From IMG/VR virus record IMGVR_UViG_3300046167_000634, positions 1 through 63,624 of that record: DNA of 63,624 bases, one strand, 5' to 3'. Position 1 is the stretch's first letter; each line of letters begins with the position of its first letter. The stretch is from a virus (taxonomy: Duplodnaviria; Caudoviricetes). The notes under the pieces were generated by a model. That model was not told the origin of the DNA and searched no databases. It saw only the letters and a list, made by a program, of their open reading frames with translations. The translations under genes were made by a program, and so were the position numbers. This document shows positions 50,380 to 61,800 of the stretch, piece by piece.

Positions 50380-53300
50380 TGCCAGAAGCTAAAAATACTT
50401 TTCTTAAGGCAAAAATGAATCAAGACCTGGACGACAGGTTATTGCCAAACGGGGAATATAGAACTGCTCAGAATGTACTTGTTGGTAAATCTGAAGAAGA
50501 CAGCGTTGGTACTTTACAAAATATTAAGGGCAATGAAATACTAGACACCTTAGTAAGACCCGCTAATTCTTTTATTATAGGGTATTTAATGGATACTACT
50601 AAAAATAAAATATATGCATTTTTTACTGATGATAATAGTAATCATTCAATAAGGTGTCATACTATAAATACAGACAGCGGGTGGGATATATTAGTAGAGG
50701 GTAGCTTTTTAAATTTTAACACAAACTTTCCAATTTTAAACGTAAACCTTTTAGAAGATTTATTATTTTGGACAGATAATAATAACCAGCCTAGAAAAAT
50801 AAACGTAACCCATTCTTTAGGTTACTACACAGAAGAGCATCAAATCAGTGTTGCTAAATACAATCCATACCAACCTATATCGCTTGTAAAGCAGGAAATA
50901 GAAGAAGTATTAACTGTAACAAGCACTACCGAGTTCACTGTTGCAGAAAATGCTAACATCGTGGAGGGTATGATTGTATTGTCTAAAAGGGGAATAGCGT
51001 CTGAAATAACAGCTGTTAATTATATTACAGTAGATAGTGTAAGCACAGCGGCAAATATTACTACTGTAACCTTAGCTTCTGCTGCGTCGTCAATTAACGC
51101 CGGCGATATTATGTACTTTCTTTCAAGTACAATGACTGATCAGTCTGCAAATGCATCTTGGCCTGGCGACCCTAGTTATTTAGAAAGCAGATTTGTAAGA
51201 TTTTCATATAGGTTTAAATTTGACGATAACGAATATTCTATATTTGCGCCATTTACGCAAATAGCTTTTATTCCTAAACAAAAAGGATATTTTGTAAACG
51301 GGCAAGAACAACTTGCTGTTAATAGTACAATACTTGAGTGGTTTGAAAATGGCATTAATAATATTGAATTAATTGTTCCTTTACCAAACACTCCACAAAA
51401 TATTTTTAGTAGTTATAAAATTAAAGAAATAGATATTCTTTATAAAGAATCAGATCAAATACCTGTAAAAATAATTGACACAATAAGTGTTACGGATATT
51501 CCATCAAGTTCAGATAACTATTATACATATAGCTACCAATCAAGAAAACCGGTTAGAACACTTCCTGAAGCGCAAACCGTAAGGGTATATGATAAAGTGC
51601 CTGTAAAGGCTAATACTCAAGAAATTGTTAGTAATAGAGTTGTATACGGTAATTTTAAAACTAAGCATACACCCCCAGATACAATAAACTACACTGTAAA
51701 CATTGAAGAAAAAAGAACAAATGGTGGGTTTGATAGTTTTGCAGAATACCCAAATCATACGGTAAAACAAAATAGAACTTATCAAGTAGGCTTCGTATTG
51801 TCAGATAAATATGGTAGACAATCCGATGTAATTTTATCTCCAGTTTCTGAATCAAGTGACAATAAAGGATCTACAATATTTGCTCCATATATACCCGATG
51901 ATCCTGAGGGCTCTGGGATTCCAGATCAAAATTACATGCCTTCCGGTGTAAAAAATTGGTTTGGAAATTCATTAATTTTAACTGTTCAATCCGCTATAAC
52001 AGGAACTGATGACACCAAACTTTATGCCGAAGAAATAGGAAACGGATTTAATATTGATACTACATATCCCCCTATTATTAATGGAAATACTTACTCATTT
52101 ACACTTTCTGGAACAGATACAACAGGAATTCCTCAGGAAGGATATTATATGCGCGGTCATACTAAAGACTACGTAGAAATTACTGCGGTTACACCTTTAG
52201 CGCAATCTTCATATCAAGTAACAACTAACGGGCAGGTTAGTAATGTTTATTTAAAAAATACAGAAATTGTTTCAACGCTTGAAGACACAAAATTTACATA
52301 TAGAATAAATCCATTAGGTTGGTATTCATATAAAATTGTAGTTAAACAAACAGAGCAAGAATATTATAATGTGTATTTGCCGAGCGCTATTAATGCTAAC
52401 GTCTTCCCTACCACTAAAACAACGGACACAGCAGCATCGGTAAGCTATATTACACTTATTAATGATAATATAAACAAAGTGCCACGCGATTTAGCGGAAG
52501 TCGGGCCTGACCAAAAGCAATATCGCAGTAGCGTTAGATTATTCGGCAGAGTACAACCAAAGGCTACTGGCTCGCCCATTGTATACGGAAACAATCAATA
52601 TTTCCCGCTTAGAACAGCAGACACATCAACAGCCGTTGGTAATACAGATGATATACTTGGTGATTCAAATACCGCCCCAACAGCCGAAAATGCCGTTTTC
52701 CAATATGATTCAAACCCAATAGTGGCTAGAATATCTACAAATAAAGAATTTGGAATTGATGCGACTTCCTTTGGCGGAACTCCAGCTGTATCAGATAGAT
52801 TTTCATTAGCAGTATACGAAACAGAACCTGTAGTTTCTGCATTAGATATATATTGGGAAACAAGCCAGGCAGGGCTTATATCTGATTTAAATGCTAAAAC
52901 TTCTGTAGGGTTTAATGGGCCTGTAGGATTAGAAGGGTGGGAAGATTTATTTAATGAAAATGTCCCTGCATCTGACCCAGTTACAGAATATTTTTCACCT
53001 TTAAAAGCTGATGGAACAAATTTAAATAATTTTACAATTAATATTCATAGTGTTACTAATGGTAACAATGACCCTATTACAGGTAAATTTGAGCTTCAAC
53101 AAAATCCACAAGCTTCTACTGAATATAGAATTATACTACTAGAAAACGAGGTATTTAATTTTAATAGTGATAATGTAGATGAATATACTTTTACATTTAG
53201 AATTACGGATGATGATGCGTTGTCAACATGGGTTAGCGCTGACGTAGTTGAAACATTAAAGCTATCAAATACTGAACCTAGTTTTACTACCCAGCCGCCA

Positions 53301-54728
53301 GGCACGTTTTATAATTTTGATGAAGAGGCTACTCTAAACACAATAATACATAATTTTGGTAGTAACACCCCTAGAAACGGTAGCGCTAGCTCAACAGGAA
53401 ATACCGAAGGTCTAAAGTGGTCTATTAGCGGTACAAATGCTAATTTATTTACTATAAACCCTGTAACAGGAGTGCTTAATCCTACCGCAGCCGGCCTTAG
53501 TGCTGGGCTGAATACATATTCTCTTGAAGTAACATTAGCAGACGCTTCAAATACAAACCAATCTTTAGGAGTGGGTAGCGAATCAGTTACACAAATATAT
53601 AATATTGTAAAAGGCTATACTCAGTGGAATGGAACGCAACAGGGGCTACCTATGGGAAGTATATTTACATTTGATATAACCCAGTGTGATGCTGGATGTT
53701 ATACTACGGCTTACGAATGTTTTTATATGACAAATAATACGTCTATTTCAAATTCTAATTTGCCTAATTTTAATAACGGTGGTGCATATGGTTCTGGTTT
53801 GGCTACCTACGAACAAGCGCTTGCCCCTGAAAAAATAGCAGCAGGCCATGAAAGAGGTGCGTTTTTATTCGGCATAGAAAAAGCCCTAATTATAAACGCT
53901 GGCCCCTGTAATGCTACAAAAATAGTTAATGTTTCTGGAAGAGCTTATTATAGAACTAGCGGTAGTAGCAATTGGATTTATAAGGACGATTTAAATAATA
54001 CAAATAGTTTAGGAATTAGAATTCAACAAGCAAATGAAATAGATTATGCTTTAGGGTATGCATGGTATAGCCAAGATAGAAATAATTTTCCCGCTGCAAA
54101 TAATATAGAGTGGGCATTTGTAATAAAATCTATTGGCACAGATAATGCAGGCTACCCCCGCCCTCCTGGGTGTACACAGCCTTCATATGGCGACACAATC
54201 ACCTGGGGTGGATTAGCAACTGCTAGAGATTTACATTATAACTCACCTACCCAATCGCAAGCAATTTATGAATATGTTACTTGGCCTGACGGAGGTGCTA
54301 GTGCTCCTGCAAATGTAACTTATTCTGGAACCTCTCAAACTTTATATTCAGATAATCCTTTAGTAGAAACAAATGCTAAATTTTTTACAGATGCAAACTT
54401 ATCAAATATTTGGAAGCCTGCTACCGACCAATATTATACCGTAAGATTTTTAGATGGGCCTGGAAACACGAACCCGCAGGGCTGTACTGGAACAGATAGA
54501 TATGCTAATAATACTCAATTTAATAACAACAGTTATATACAAGCCGAAGGCATAATGAAAATTCAAACATCAGGATTGGTAGATAGAACAGTTACTCCTG
54601 TTGCTAATGCTGGCGCCGCAGGTAACGCGGGAACTATTCGCTCAGGTAACAATTTTAGAACAAGAATTACTGAATGTGATTATACAAACACCTATTTTGA
54701 AGAGCAATTAACAAATCCTGGTCCGTAA
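50379..54728 (+). CDS. Muzzle/stabilisation protein N-terminal part with a cadherin-like extension, module 2
   Basis: MPEAKNTFLKAKMNQDLDDRLLPNGEYR; RFSYRFK; DKYGRQS; YETEPV..LDIYW; then NANLFTINPVTGVL. Confidence 0.8.
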   Translation: MPEAKNTFLKAKMNQDLDDRLLPNGEYRTAQNVLVGKSEEDSVGTLQNIKGNEILDTLVRPANSFIIGYLMDTTKNKIYAFFTDDNSNHSIRCHTINTDSGWDILVEGSFLNFNTNFPILNVNLLEDLLFWTDNNNQPRKINVTHSLGYYTEEHQISVAKYNPYQPISLVKQEIEEVLTVTSTTEFTVAENANIVEGMIVLSKRGIASEITAVNYITVDSVSTAANITTVTLASAASSINAGDIMYFLSSTMTDQSANASWPGDPSYLESRFVRFSYRFKFDDNEYSIFAPFTQIAFIPKQKGYFVNGQEQLAVNSTILEWFENGINNIELIVPLPNTPQNIFSSYKIKEIDILYKESDQIPVKIIDTISVTDIPSSSDNYYTYSYQSRKPVRTLPEAQTVRVYDKVPVKANTQEIVSNRVVYGNFKTKHTPPDTINYTVNIEEKRTNGGFDSFAEYPNHTVKQNRTYQVGFVLSDKYGRQSDVILSPVSESSDNKGSTIFAPYIPDDPEGSGIPDQNYMPSGVKNWFGNSLILTVQSAITGTDDTKLYAEEIGNGFNIDTTYPPIINGNTYSFTLSGTDTTGIPQEGYYMRGHTKDYVEITAVTPLAQSSYQVTTNGQVSNVYLKNTEIVSTLEDTKFTYRINPLGWYSYKIVVKQTEQEYYNVYLPSAINANVFPTTKTTDTAASVSYITLINDNINKVPRDLAEVGPDQKQYRSSVRLFGRVQPKATGSPIVYGNNQYFPLRTADTSTAVGNTDDILGDSNTAPTAENAVFQYDSNPIVARISTNKEFGIDATSFGGTPAVSDRFSLAVYETEPVVSALDIYWETSQAGLISDLNAKTSVGFNGPVGLEGWEDLFNENVPASDPVTEYFSPLKADGTNLNNFTINIHSVTNGNNDPITGKFELQQNPQASTEYRIILLENEVFNFNSDNVDEYTFTFRITDDDALSTWVSADVVETLKLSNTEPSFTTQPPGTFYNFDEEATLNTIIHNFGSNTPRNGSASSTGNTEGLKWSISGTNANLFTINPVTGVLNPTAAGLSAGLNTYSLEVTLADASNTNQSLGVGSESVTQIYNIVKGYTQWNGTQQGLPMGSIFTFDITQCDAGCYTTAYECFYMTNNTSISNSNLPNFNNGGAYGSGLATYEQALAPEKIAAGHERGAFLFGIEKALIINAGPCNATKIVNVSGRAYYRTSGSSNWIYKDDLNNTNSLGIRIQQANEIDYALGYAWYSQDRNNFPAANNIEWAFVIKSIGTDNAGYPRPPGCTQPSYGDTITWGGLATARDLHYNSPTQSQAIYEYVTWPDGGASAPANVTYSGTSQTLYSDNPLVETNAKFFTDANLSNIWKPATDQYYTVRFLDGPGNTNPQGCTGTDRYANNTQFNNNSYIQAEGIMKIQTSGLVDRTVTPVANAGAAGNAGTIRSGNNFRTRITECDYTNTYFEEQLTNPGP

Positions 54729-54758
54729 AAATTATTAAAAAACAAGTGATTAAATAGT

Positions 54759-56132
54759 ATGTCAGCTACAATAGAATTAAAATACTATAACTCTTTCTGG
54801 GGAAAGAAGATAAAAAGTATAACTGATACAACTCCAGCTATAGATGATTTTACTAATGTACCTCAGGACTATGCTGGCGACGATGATGAAGATTGGTATA
54901 TTGAAGAATCACGTATACGCGGCGGTTACAATAATACTACAGTAGATTTTGGCGTAAAAGCATATGCTGTAGATGCGGTAAAAAAAGGTGAAACGCGCGT
55001 AAATGCAATGATTTATTCTGGCATTTATAATTCAAGAACTGGTATAAATGAAACGAATCAGTTTTCAGTTGCTAAAGATATTACTAAAGGTGTAGATCCT
55101 GCTTATGGTTCAATACAAAAGTTATATGCTGAAGACAGCAACCTTATAATATTTCAAGAAGATAAAGTTAGTAGAGCGCTTATAGATAAAGATGCAATAT
55201 ATTCAGCCGAAGGCGGAGGAACTGTAACATCTGCTAATTTAGTTATTGGGCAGATTGTGCCTTATGCAGGTGAGTTTGGAATATCAACAGAGCCTGAAAG
55301 CTTTGCAGTATATGCATATAGAAAATACTTTACTGATAGAAAACGAAATGCTGTTTTAAGGCTATCCAGAGACGGTATTGAAGAAATATCTCGTTATGGC
55401 ATGACTGACTTTTTTAGAGATGAATTAGCTAGCTTAAACGGCTCTATAAACTCAGTTACGCAAAGAATTGACGGAAGAATTATAGGCGGGTACGATATTC
55501 ATACTAAAAAATATGAATTATCTATACAACCTAACGGAACATTTAAAGAAACAAATACTGACCCATATAAAACTCTTTCTTTTGACGAAAGCGTTAAAGG
55601 CTGGACAAGCTTTTATACTTATGCGCCAGATTTTATGGGTAGCCTAGGAAATGCATTTTATTCGTTTAAAAATGGGCAAGTATACAAACATTATAGCGAT
55701 ACATCTGCAAAAGGAACATTTTATGGGGATCCGCAGCCTTCAGCGGTTACATTTATATTTAACCCAAATGTTTCAATGTCTAAAAACTTTAAAACAGTAA
55801 ATTACGAAGGTACAGCCGCTTGGGAAGCGCAGATAACAACAGACAGTGATACACAAGAAAGATTATTAGGTATTAGACCTTATCAATTCGCAGGATCACT
55901 TTCGCAAATACAAAATGATTTTATTGCATCAAATATTTTTATTAAGAAAGAAAATAAGTATTTTGCAAATATATTAAACGCACAGCCTGCAAAACCAGGT
56001 GAAATTGTATTTGGTGATCAAATTAGCGGCTTAAAAGGTTTTGTAGCTACAGTTACATTTTCTACAGCAGCTACTACCGCGGATAGAGAATTATTTGCAG
56101 TATCTACAGAATACGTGCAATCATCATATTAA
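54759..56132 (+). CDS. Muzzle/stabilisation protein C-terminal part, module 2
   Basis: IEESRIRGGYN, GSIQKL, GEFGISTEPESFA, VLRLSRDGIEEIS align with the 15650-16600 region; preceded by AAGTGAT-N8-ATG. Confidence 0.8.
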   Translation: MSATIELKYYNSFWGKKIKSITDTTPAIDDFTNVPQDYAGDDDEDWYIEESRIRGGYNNTTVDFGVKAYAVDAVKKGETRVNAMIYSGIYNSRTGINETNQFSVAKDITKGVDPAYGSIQKLYAEDSNLIIFQEDKVSRALIDKDAIYSAEGGGTVTSANLVIGQIVPYAGEFGISTEPESFAVYAYRKYFTDRKRNAVLRLSRDGIEEISRYGMTDFFRDELASLNGSINSVTQRIDGRIIGGYDIHTKKYELSIQPNGTFKETNTDPYKTLSFDESVKGWTSFYTYAPDFMGSLGNAFYSFKNGQVYKHYSDTSAKGTFYGDPQPSAVTFIFNPNVSMSKNFKTVNYEGTAAWEAQITTDSDTQERLLGIRPYQFAGSLSQIQNDFIASNIFIKKENKYFANILNAQPAKPGEIVFGDQISGLKGFVATVTFSTAATTADRELFAVSTEYVQSSY

Positions 56133-56137
56133 ATTAA

Positions 56138-56584
56138 ATGGAAATAAGTAAATTTATGCAAGACTTAGCTGTTTTAGAAAATCAGTTAATAATGCGTAAT
56201 GATATAGACGGATTGTATGGGGATGGTAAGTCATTGGTTAACAATGAGGAATTTCCAATTGAGCATGATTTTGAAGATCAGCTTTACATGCGCAAAATGA
56301 AAATGAAAGCTGGCAGCGTTGTTATTAGCGCAATACACGAAACTAATCACTTTTGGTTTCTTATGACCGGTAAAATTTTAGTTAACACAAACGGTGAAAT
56401 TATAGAACATATTGCACCGTGTTATGAGCATTCCGCTAAGGGTGCTAAAAGGGTTATACATTGTTTGGAAGATTGTATATTTATTAATATACATAAAAAC
56501 CCAAGTAATGAAAAAGATTTAAATATATTAGAAAAACAATTGTATTCTTTTACAATTGAAGAACATTTAGAAAAAAACAAATAA
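56138..56584 (+). CDS. Cupin-fold protein
   Basis: HDF..LYMRKMKMKAGSVVISAIHETNHFWFLMTG...GAKRVIHCLEDC.FINIH. Confidence 0.7.
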   Translation: MEISKFMQDLAVLENQLIMRNDIDGLYGDGKSLVNNEEFPIEHDFEDQLYMRKMKMKAGSVVISAIHETNHFWFLMTGKILVNTNGEIIEHIAPCYEHSAKGAKRVIHCLEDCIFINIHKNPSNEKDLNILEKQLYSFTIEEHLEKNK

Positions 56585-56585
56585 T

Positions 56586-57341
56586 ATGTCTGGAATACTT
56601 GTGGGCGCCGGGGCTAGTTTACTCGGCGGTTTATTTGGCAGCAGAAGTGCTAGAAGAAGAAGGAAAGCGGCTGAAGCAAAAGCGCGACAAGCAGCAAAGG
56701 CTATTGCTAAAATTGAAGCAAATCGTCAAGCGGTAATTAACCCTTATGAAGGAACAAAAAGTTTAGCTAGTTTAGCAACTGATCTTTCTGGTGAATTTAC
56801 AAATCCTTATGCTAATATAGGCGTTGCTACGCAAGCAGCAGAAATGCAGGTTGCAGAAGCAGATATTGCTCTTGCAAATACGCTTGATACGCTTAGGTCT
56901 ACAGGGGCTTCAGCCGGCGGGGCCACTGCGCTTGCTCAGGCTGCATTAAAATCTAAACAAGGTGTTTCTGCTAGTATTGAACAACAAGAGGCTAAAAACG
57001 AGCAATTAAAAGCACAAGGCGAAGCTCAATTACAAACACAGCGTGTAGCAGAAAAACAAAGACAGCAAGGTATACAAATATCTGAAGGCCAACGTGTACA
57101 GCAAGCTGATGCAGCTGGTAAGCAATTTAAATACAATGCGCAAGAAGCAAGAACAAACCAAAAATTAAATAGAATAGCAGGACAACAAGCACAAGCCCAG
57201 CAGCAAGCAGCGCAAGCACAGGCTGATCAATCTGCGGCATTAGCCGGAGCGTTTAGCGGTGTTACTAGTACGATAACTGCCGGTATTGGGGCTACAACCA
57301 CGAAATATAATCCATTTAAAAATTTAGGTACATTTAGGTAA
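56586..57341 (+). CDS. Internal virion / ejection protein 1, module 2
   Basis: NPYANIGVATQAAE; GASAGGATALAQ; paralog of 19352-20011. Confidence 0.7.
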   Translation: MSGILVGAGASLLGGLFGSRSARRRRKAAEAKARQAAKAIAKIEANRQAVINPYEGTKSLASLATDLSGEFTNPYANIGVATQAAEMQVAEADIALANTLDTLRSTGASAGGATALAQAALKSKQGVSASIEQQEAKNEQLKAQGEAQLQTQRVAEKQRQQGIQISEGQRVQQADAAGKQFKYNAQEARTNQKLNRIAGQQAQAQQQAAQAQADQSAALAGAFSGVTSTITAGIGATTTKYNPFKNLGTFR

Positions 57342-57342
57342 T

Positions 57343-58830
57343 ATGGGAGCATACGAAAATCCACCAATGATTTCATTCGCTACAACGGGAGCAGGAGATG
57401 CATGGGCTAACGCAGCAGCAGCGGCGGGCAAAAATATTGGCGATGCAATTATTGCGCGACAAAAAAAATTAGAAGAGCGTTTAAAAAAAGATAATGAAGA
57501 TTTATTAAAACGGAATAGAAAAGGAGCGGAAATTGCTAATAAAGCGCCTGGAGAAATCCAAAAAACTCTTGATAAACTAGGCCCATTGCCAGATGTTATA
57601 AAAAATACTATTGTTACCGGGTTAAAAGACGGTTATAAAGTATATGAAAAATATATGAGCTCCGGTGATATTGAAGAGCAAAAAAGATTACAACCTGCTT
57701 TAGATCAATTTAATAGCCTTAGAAGTAATATTACAACAACGCCTAGTGATGCTAGCGAGTATTATATTTCAATTACAAAAGAATTAGACCAAGTTAGAAA
57801 TGGGGAAATTGGTATTGAAGGAACTGTTGATCAATTTGATACAAGAAATAATCCATCTTTATTTGCGGCAGATATTGAAAATTTTGGTATAACAGGAAAA
57901 GAAAGCAGAGCAGGAAAATTTAATGAAAAAGGGCAATTAGTAGTAGATTATACTGATATGAACGGAAATCCGTTTTCTATAAATTTAAATGACCCGCCCC
58001 CTACGCGTAAAGTTCCGCAAATTTCTGCGCAGTTTCAAGCATTAGTTGATAAAACAGATATGTATGTTGGTGAAGGAAAAGATAAAACTATTTCAACAGA
58101 CTATATGGCTGTTGACACAACAGGAAAACCTAAAATGGTATATGCATTTGAAGATATTGACCCAGACCCTTCGGGAAGAAAAAGACAAATAATACGTAAA
58201 GGACCCGAGGTGCGGAATAATGATATAGAGCAAGTTTACACAGATTTAATTTCGGATTTAGATTATACAAATGACCAACAACTTTCTGTATTTAAAAATA
58301 TTTTAGTTGATTCAATGAGTAAAAAAGATATTGAAGCAATTAATAACTCTTTAGAAGAAGCAAAAAAAAATATTCAATTTGAATCGCAAGACGAACTTTT
58401 TGATTTTTTTGCTTATCCAAAAGAAGGCACCGCAAAGTTTGATGATAATCAACAATTAATTTATAATATGGTTGCAAGTGTTTGGGCGGGTAATAAAGCT
58501 AAAAACGATGTAGCCACTATAACTAAAAAGCTTGGTGGCTCAGAAACAATTGTAACATACCCTAAGAAAAATATGTCAAATAACGTTCAAAACGCAATTG
58601 ATGGATTTAAGCTGTTAGAATCAGGTGAAATAATAAACTTAGGAGTTAGCGGAGGATATATTGAAAATAAAGGCGGTGGAAAATACACTTATTACAGAAA
58701 TACTACTACCGGGCCTGTTCCAGTGCTAGAAAATGTTTTATTAGCAGAGACTATTAGAATGGTTGATAATATTCCTCAATCAGAAGTTATTGCTGGTATT
58801 ACAAACCAAACATACAATTCAGGTAAGTAA
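57343..58830 (+). CDS. Internal virion / ejection protein 2, module 2
   Basis: 495 aa, positional equivalent of 20141-21499. Confidence 0.55.
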   Translation: MGAYENPPMISFATTGAGDAWANAAAAAGKNIGDAIIARQKKLEERLKKDNEDLLKRNRKGAEIANKAPGEIQKTLDKLGPLPDVIKNTIVTGLKDGYKVYEKYMSSGDIEEQKRLQPALDQFNSLRSNITTTPSDASEYYISITKELDQVRNGEIGIEGTVDQFDTRNNPSLFAADIENFGITGKESRAGKFNEKGQLVVDYTDMNGNPFSINLNDPPPTRKVPQISAQFQALVDKTDMYVGEGKDKTISTDYMAVDTTGKPKMVYAFEDIDPDPSGRKRQIIRKGPEVRNNDIEQVYTDLISDLDYTNDQQLSVFKNILVDSMSKKDIEAINNSLEEAKKNIQFESQDELFDFFAYPKEGTAKFDDNQQLIYNMVASVWAGNKAKNDVATITKKLGGSETIVTYPKKNMSNNVQNAIDGFKLLESGEIINLGVSGGYIENKGGGKYTYYRNTTTGPVPVLENVLLAETIRMVDNIPQSEVIAGITNQTYNSGK

Positions 58831-58838
58831 AATTAATT

Positions 58839-61800
58839 ATGAATAAAATTTATATTATAAACGGCGAACGATTTGAAGTTTCTCCGGATCGCGAAGCGGA
58901 TTTTTTAGCTGAATATCCAGACGCTCAACTAATTAGTGGGCCGGAAGATTTAACAGAAAAGCCGCAAGAAACTATTGTTGAACAAACCGAAGAACAAGAA
59001 ACGTTTGAGGATCCATTCCTCCAAAGCGCAAAAAAGATATACGGCCCTGTAGAGGAGGTTGCAGTTGCAGAGCCGACAACAACAATCGAGCAACCAGATA
59101 CGGAATTACCTTCGGAAGATACTTCTTCGGAGTTAGTAGAGGAAGACAATAGAGTTGTAGAATTTAACATAAAAGGTAACAAAACATATAGCTCATATAG
59201 TGATCTTGAAAAAGAGCACGGCGATGTAGAAGCGTGGGTTACAAATTGGAATAATCAAACAAATACAGGTAGAGCTAAAATAGTTACACCTTCTTCTGAG
59301 CTTAAAGAAGCAGTTGTTACGGGTGATGCGTCTAAAGTAAAAAAACCTGCTGAAATATTGCTTGGTAGTGGAGCAATTACCCCTGAAACATTTCAAGAAT
59401 TAGAGACTGACGAAATTATACCAATGGTTGCAAGAATCATACAACCTAATTCTAATTTAAGTGTTTATGAACAGGACAACCGCGTTTTTATAAAAGATAA
59501 AAAAACCGATACAGCTATTGGATTATCTACTAAAACAAATTTTGCTAATGAAAAAGATGCGGAAATTTCATATAATAATTTTGCAAGACTTTTAAATAAA
59601 AACTTTACGCCTGAGCAAGTCACAGCAAGCGCAGGCACGCTTTCAACAATTGATCAAGAATTAAAAAAGCAATCGGCTATTATTAAAAATCAATTTAAAA
59701 ATACCGAAGAATATAAAAAATTACAAGATCCTGATTTATTTAAAGAGCAAACTAAAAAAGATATTAGAACTGGCCCAGGGGGCGGGGTAGCGCTTACTAA
59801 AAAAGTTATTCCATACGAAGAAGAGGTTCAAGCAGAAATAGCAAAATTAAAAGCAAAAAACCCAGATACTACTGAAGACAAAATTTTAGCAACCGCTCAA
59901 GCCAATGTAAGAGAAACCCTATTACAAAATGCTAAGTTTGAATATGTTGCTGAAAGTTTTACTAAAAAAATTGAAGGATTTGATGTTGACAAAAAGCTTA
60001 AAAAAGAAGTTCAAGCAGACTATAATATTACTTTAAATAGAGCTAACGCATATCAGCAAGCTTTGCTTGACGAAATAGAAGGGCAAAGACAAGTTGCGGA
60101 TACTACCTTAAAACTAATTAAAGGTAATGAATTAACCCAAGAAGAGGTAGATAATTTAGCTACATCACTTGAAAAGTCAGGCGTTGAAGTTGATACATCA
60201 AAAACAAAAACTGTGACTTTGCCAAGCGGCGCAGTATTAACAGAGGGAACTTTAGAAGCTTTAGATAAGTTTCAGAAAAAAGCTGCTGCTAATGAAATTT
60301 TATTATTTAAAAGTCAAGAGGAAAAAGCTAAAGCTATTGGTGACATTACTTTAACTCAAGCTGCATTAGATGCAACTAAACGCGATTATGATTTAATAGA
60401 CAAATATGGTGCGTCAATTGGCCTTGGGTTTACAGATATAATTACAGGAGGAGCTTATTTAGGTGGCAAGGTATTTTCATATAGTAATCCTATAGGGTGG
60501 TTATTTCACGAAGATATTAACACAGGATTAAATCGTTTAGGTGTAAAATATAAAAAGGCTACAGATGAAGTCCGTAATAGTTATGTGCGCGATATTTCTT
60601 TTGACAACGCTTTTAAAGACTCTTCTAACTTTGGTAAGTTTGTAGGGCAAGAAATAGCAAATCAATTACCAATTATTACAACTATGATTGCGTCAGGCGG
60701 TACGGCTGCTCCTTGGGTTATTGGAGCATCTACTGCTGGAGGCAAGATGATGGACATGCAAACAGAAATTGCAACCGGTACAAAAGATTATTCAGAGGCT
60801 GAAATGTGGCTTAAGTCTATTGGCTATGGTGCTGCAGAGGGTATTTTTGGCACATTGCCAACTATGCGAATATTAAAACGCACCCCAGCTCTTTTTAAAG
60901 GTGCAGGAACAAAAGACGCTATACTAGGCGGTACTAAACAATTTTATAAGCAAAACACAAAAGGATTAATTTCAGACACCTTATTAGAGGTTGGCGGCGA
61001 ATCTTTAACTACTGGTTTTCAAAATGTAATTGATGGAAGATCATTTGTAGCTGATATGGATCACGCTGCATTTTCAGCATTTGGCTTTAGCCTTTTGTTT
61101 AGCGGCTTACCATTTGCAGTAGGTTTGAATACATCTAAATACGGTGACTATTCTCAAAAAGCTAAAATACGTAATCTACAAGGCCAAATAAATAATCTTA
61201 GTAATAATCTTAAATATACTAAGTCACCAGCGGAAATAAATCGTATTGAAGGACAAATTGAAAAGCTAAGCAATGAAATGGCTATTGAGGTTGCTAGGCA
61301 AGAAAAGTTTGTAAATAATTACATGACGTCTACCTCGGCGCAGCATGTAATCGATGTTGTAACCCGTCAAGAAAATATTAGAAGCGAAGCAAAAACAATT
61401 GAAGCCGATAAAGAACTACCTAGGCAAGAAAAAAATACACGTTTAGGTGAATTGCAATTAGAGTTTTCCGAACTACAAAGTGCTAAAGAATCTGCTCTTA
61501 CTGACGCTGCTAAAATGAATTTTAAAACAGAGTTTTTATTACTTAAAGGCGTTGACAAAGCTAAATATGATGAATACTTTGATGACGCAGCAACTTTACT
61601 TAATAGCCAAAAACCTGATAAAAACATTACAGACGAGGCTATAGAACAAAAAGCTGTTGATTTATATTTTGAAGATCAGGTTGTTGAAGAAAATAGCAAA
61701 GCTGCAAAAAACTTAGGTACTAATTTTAAATCATTTAATACTGTTGATGAAGCAATTGCTTCAATAGAAGCGGATAATAAAATTAATGATGCAGATAAAA

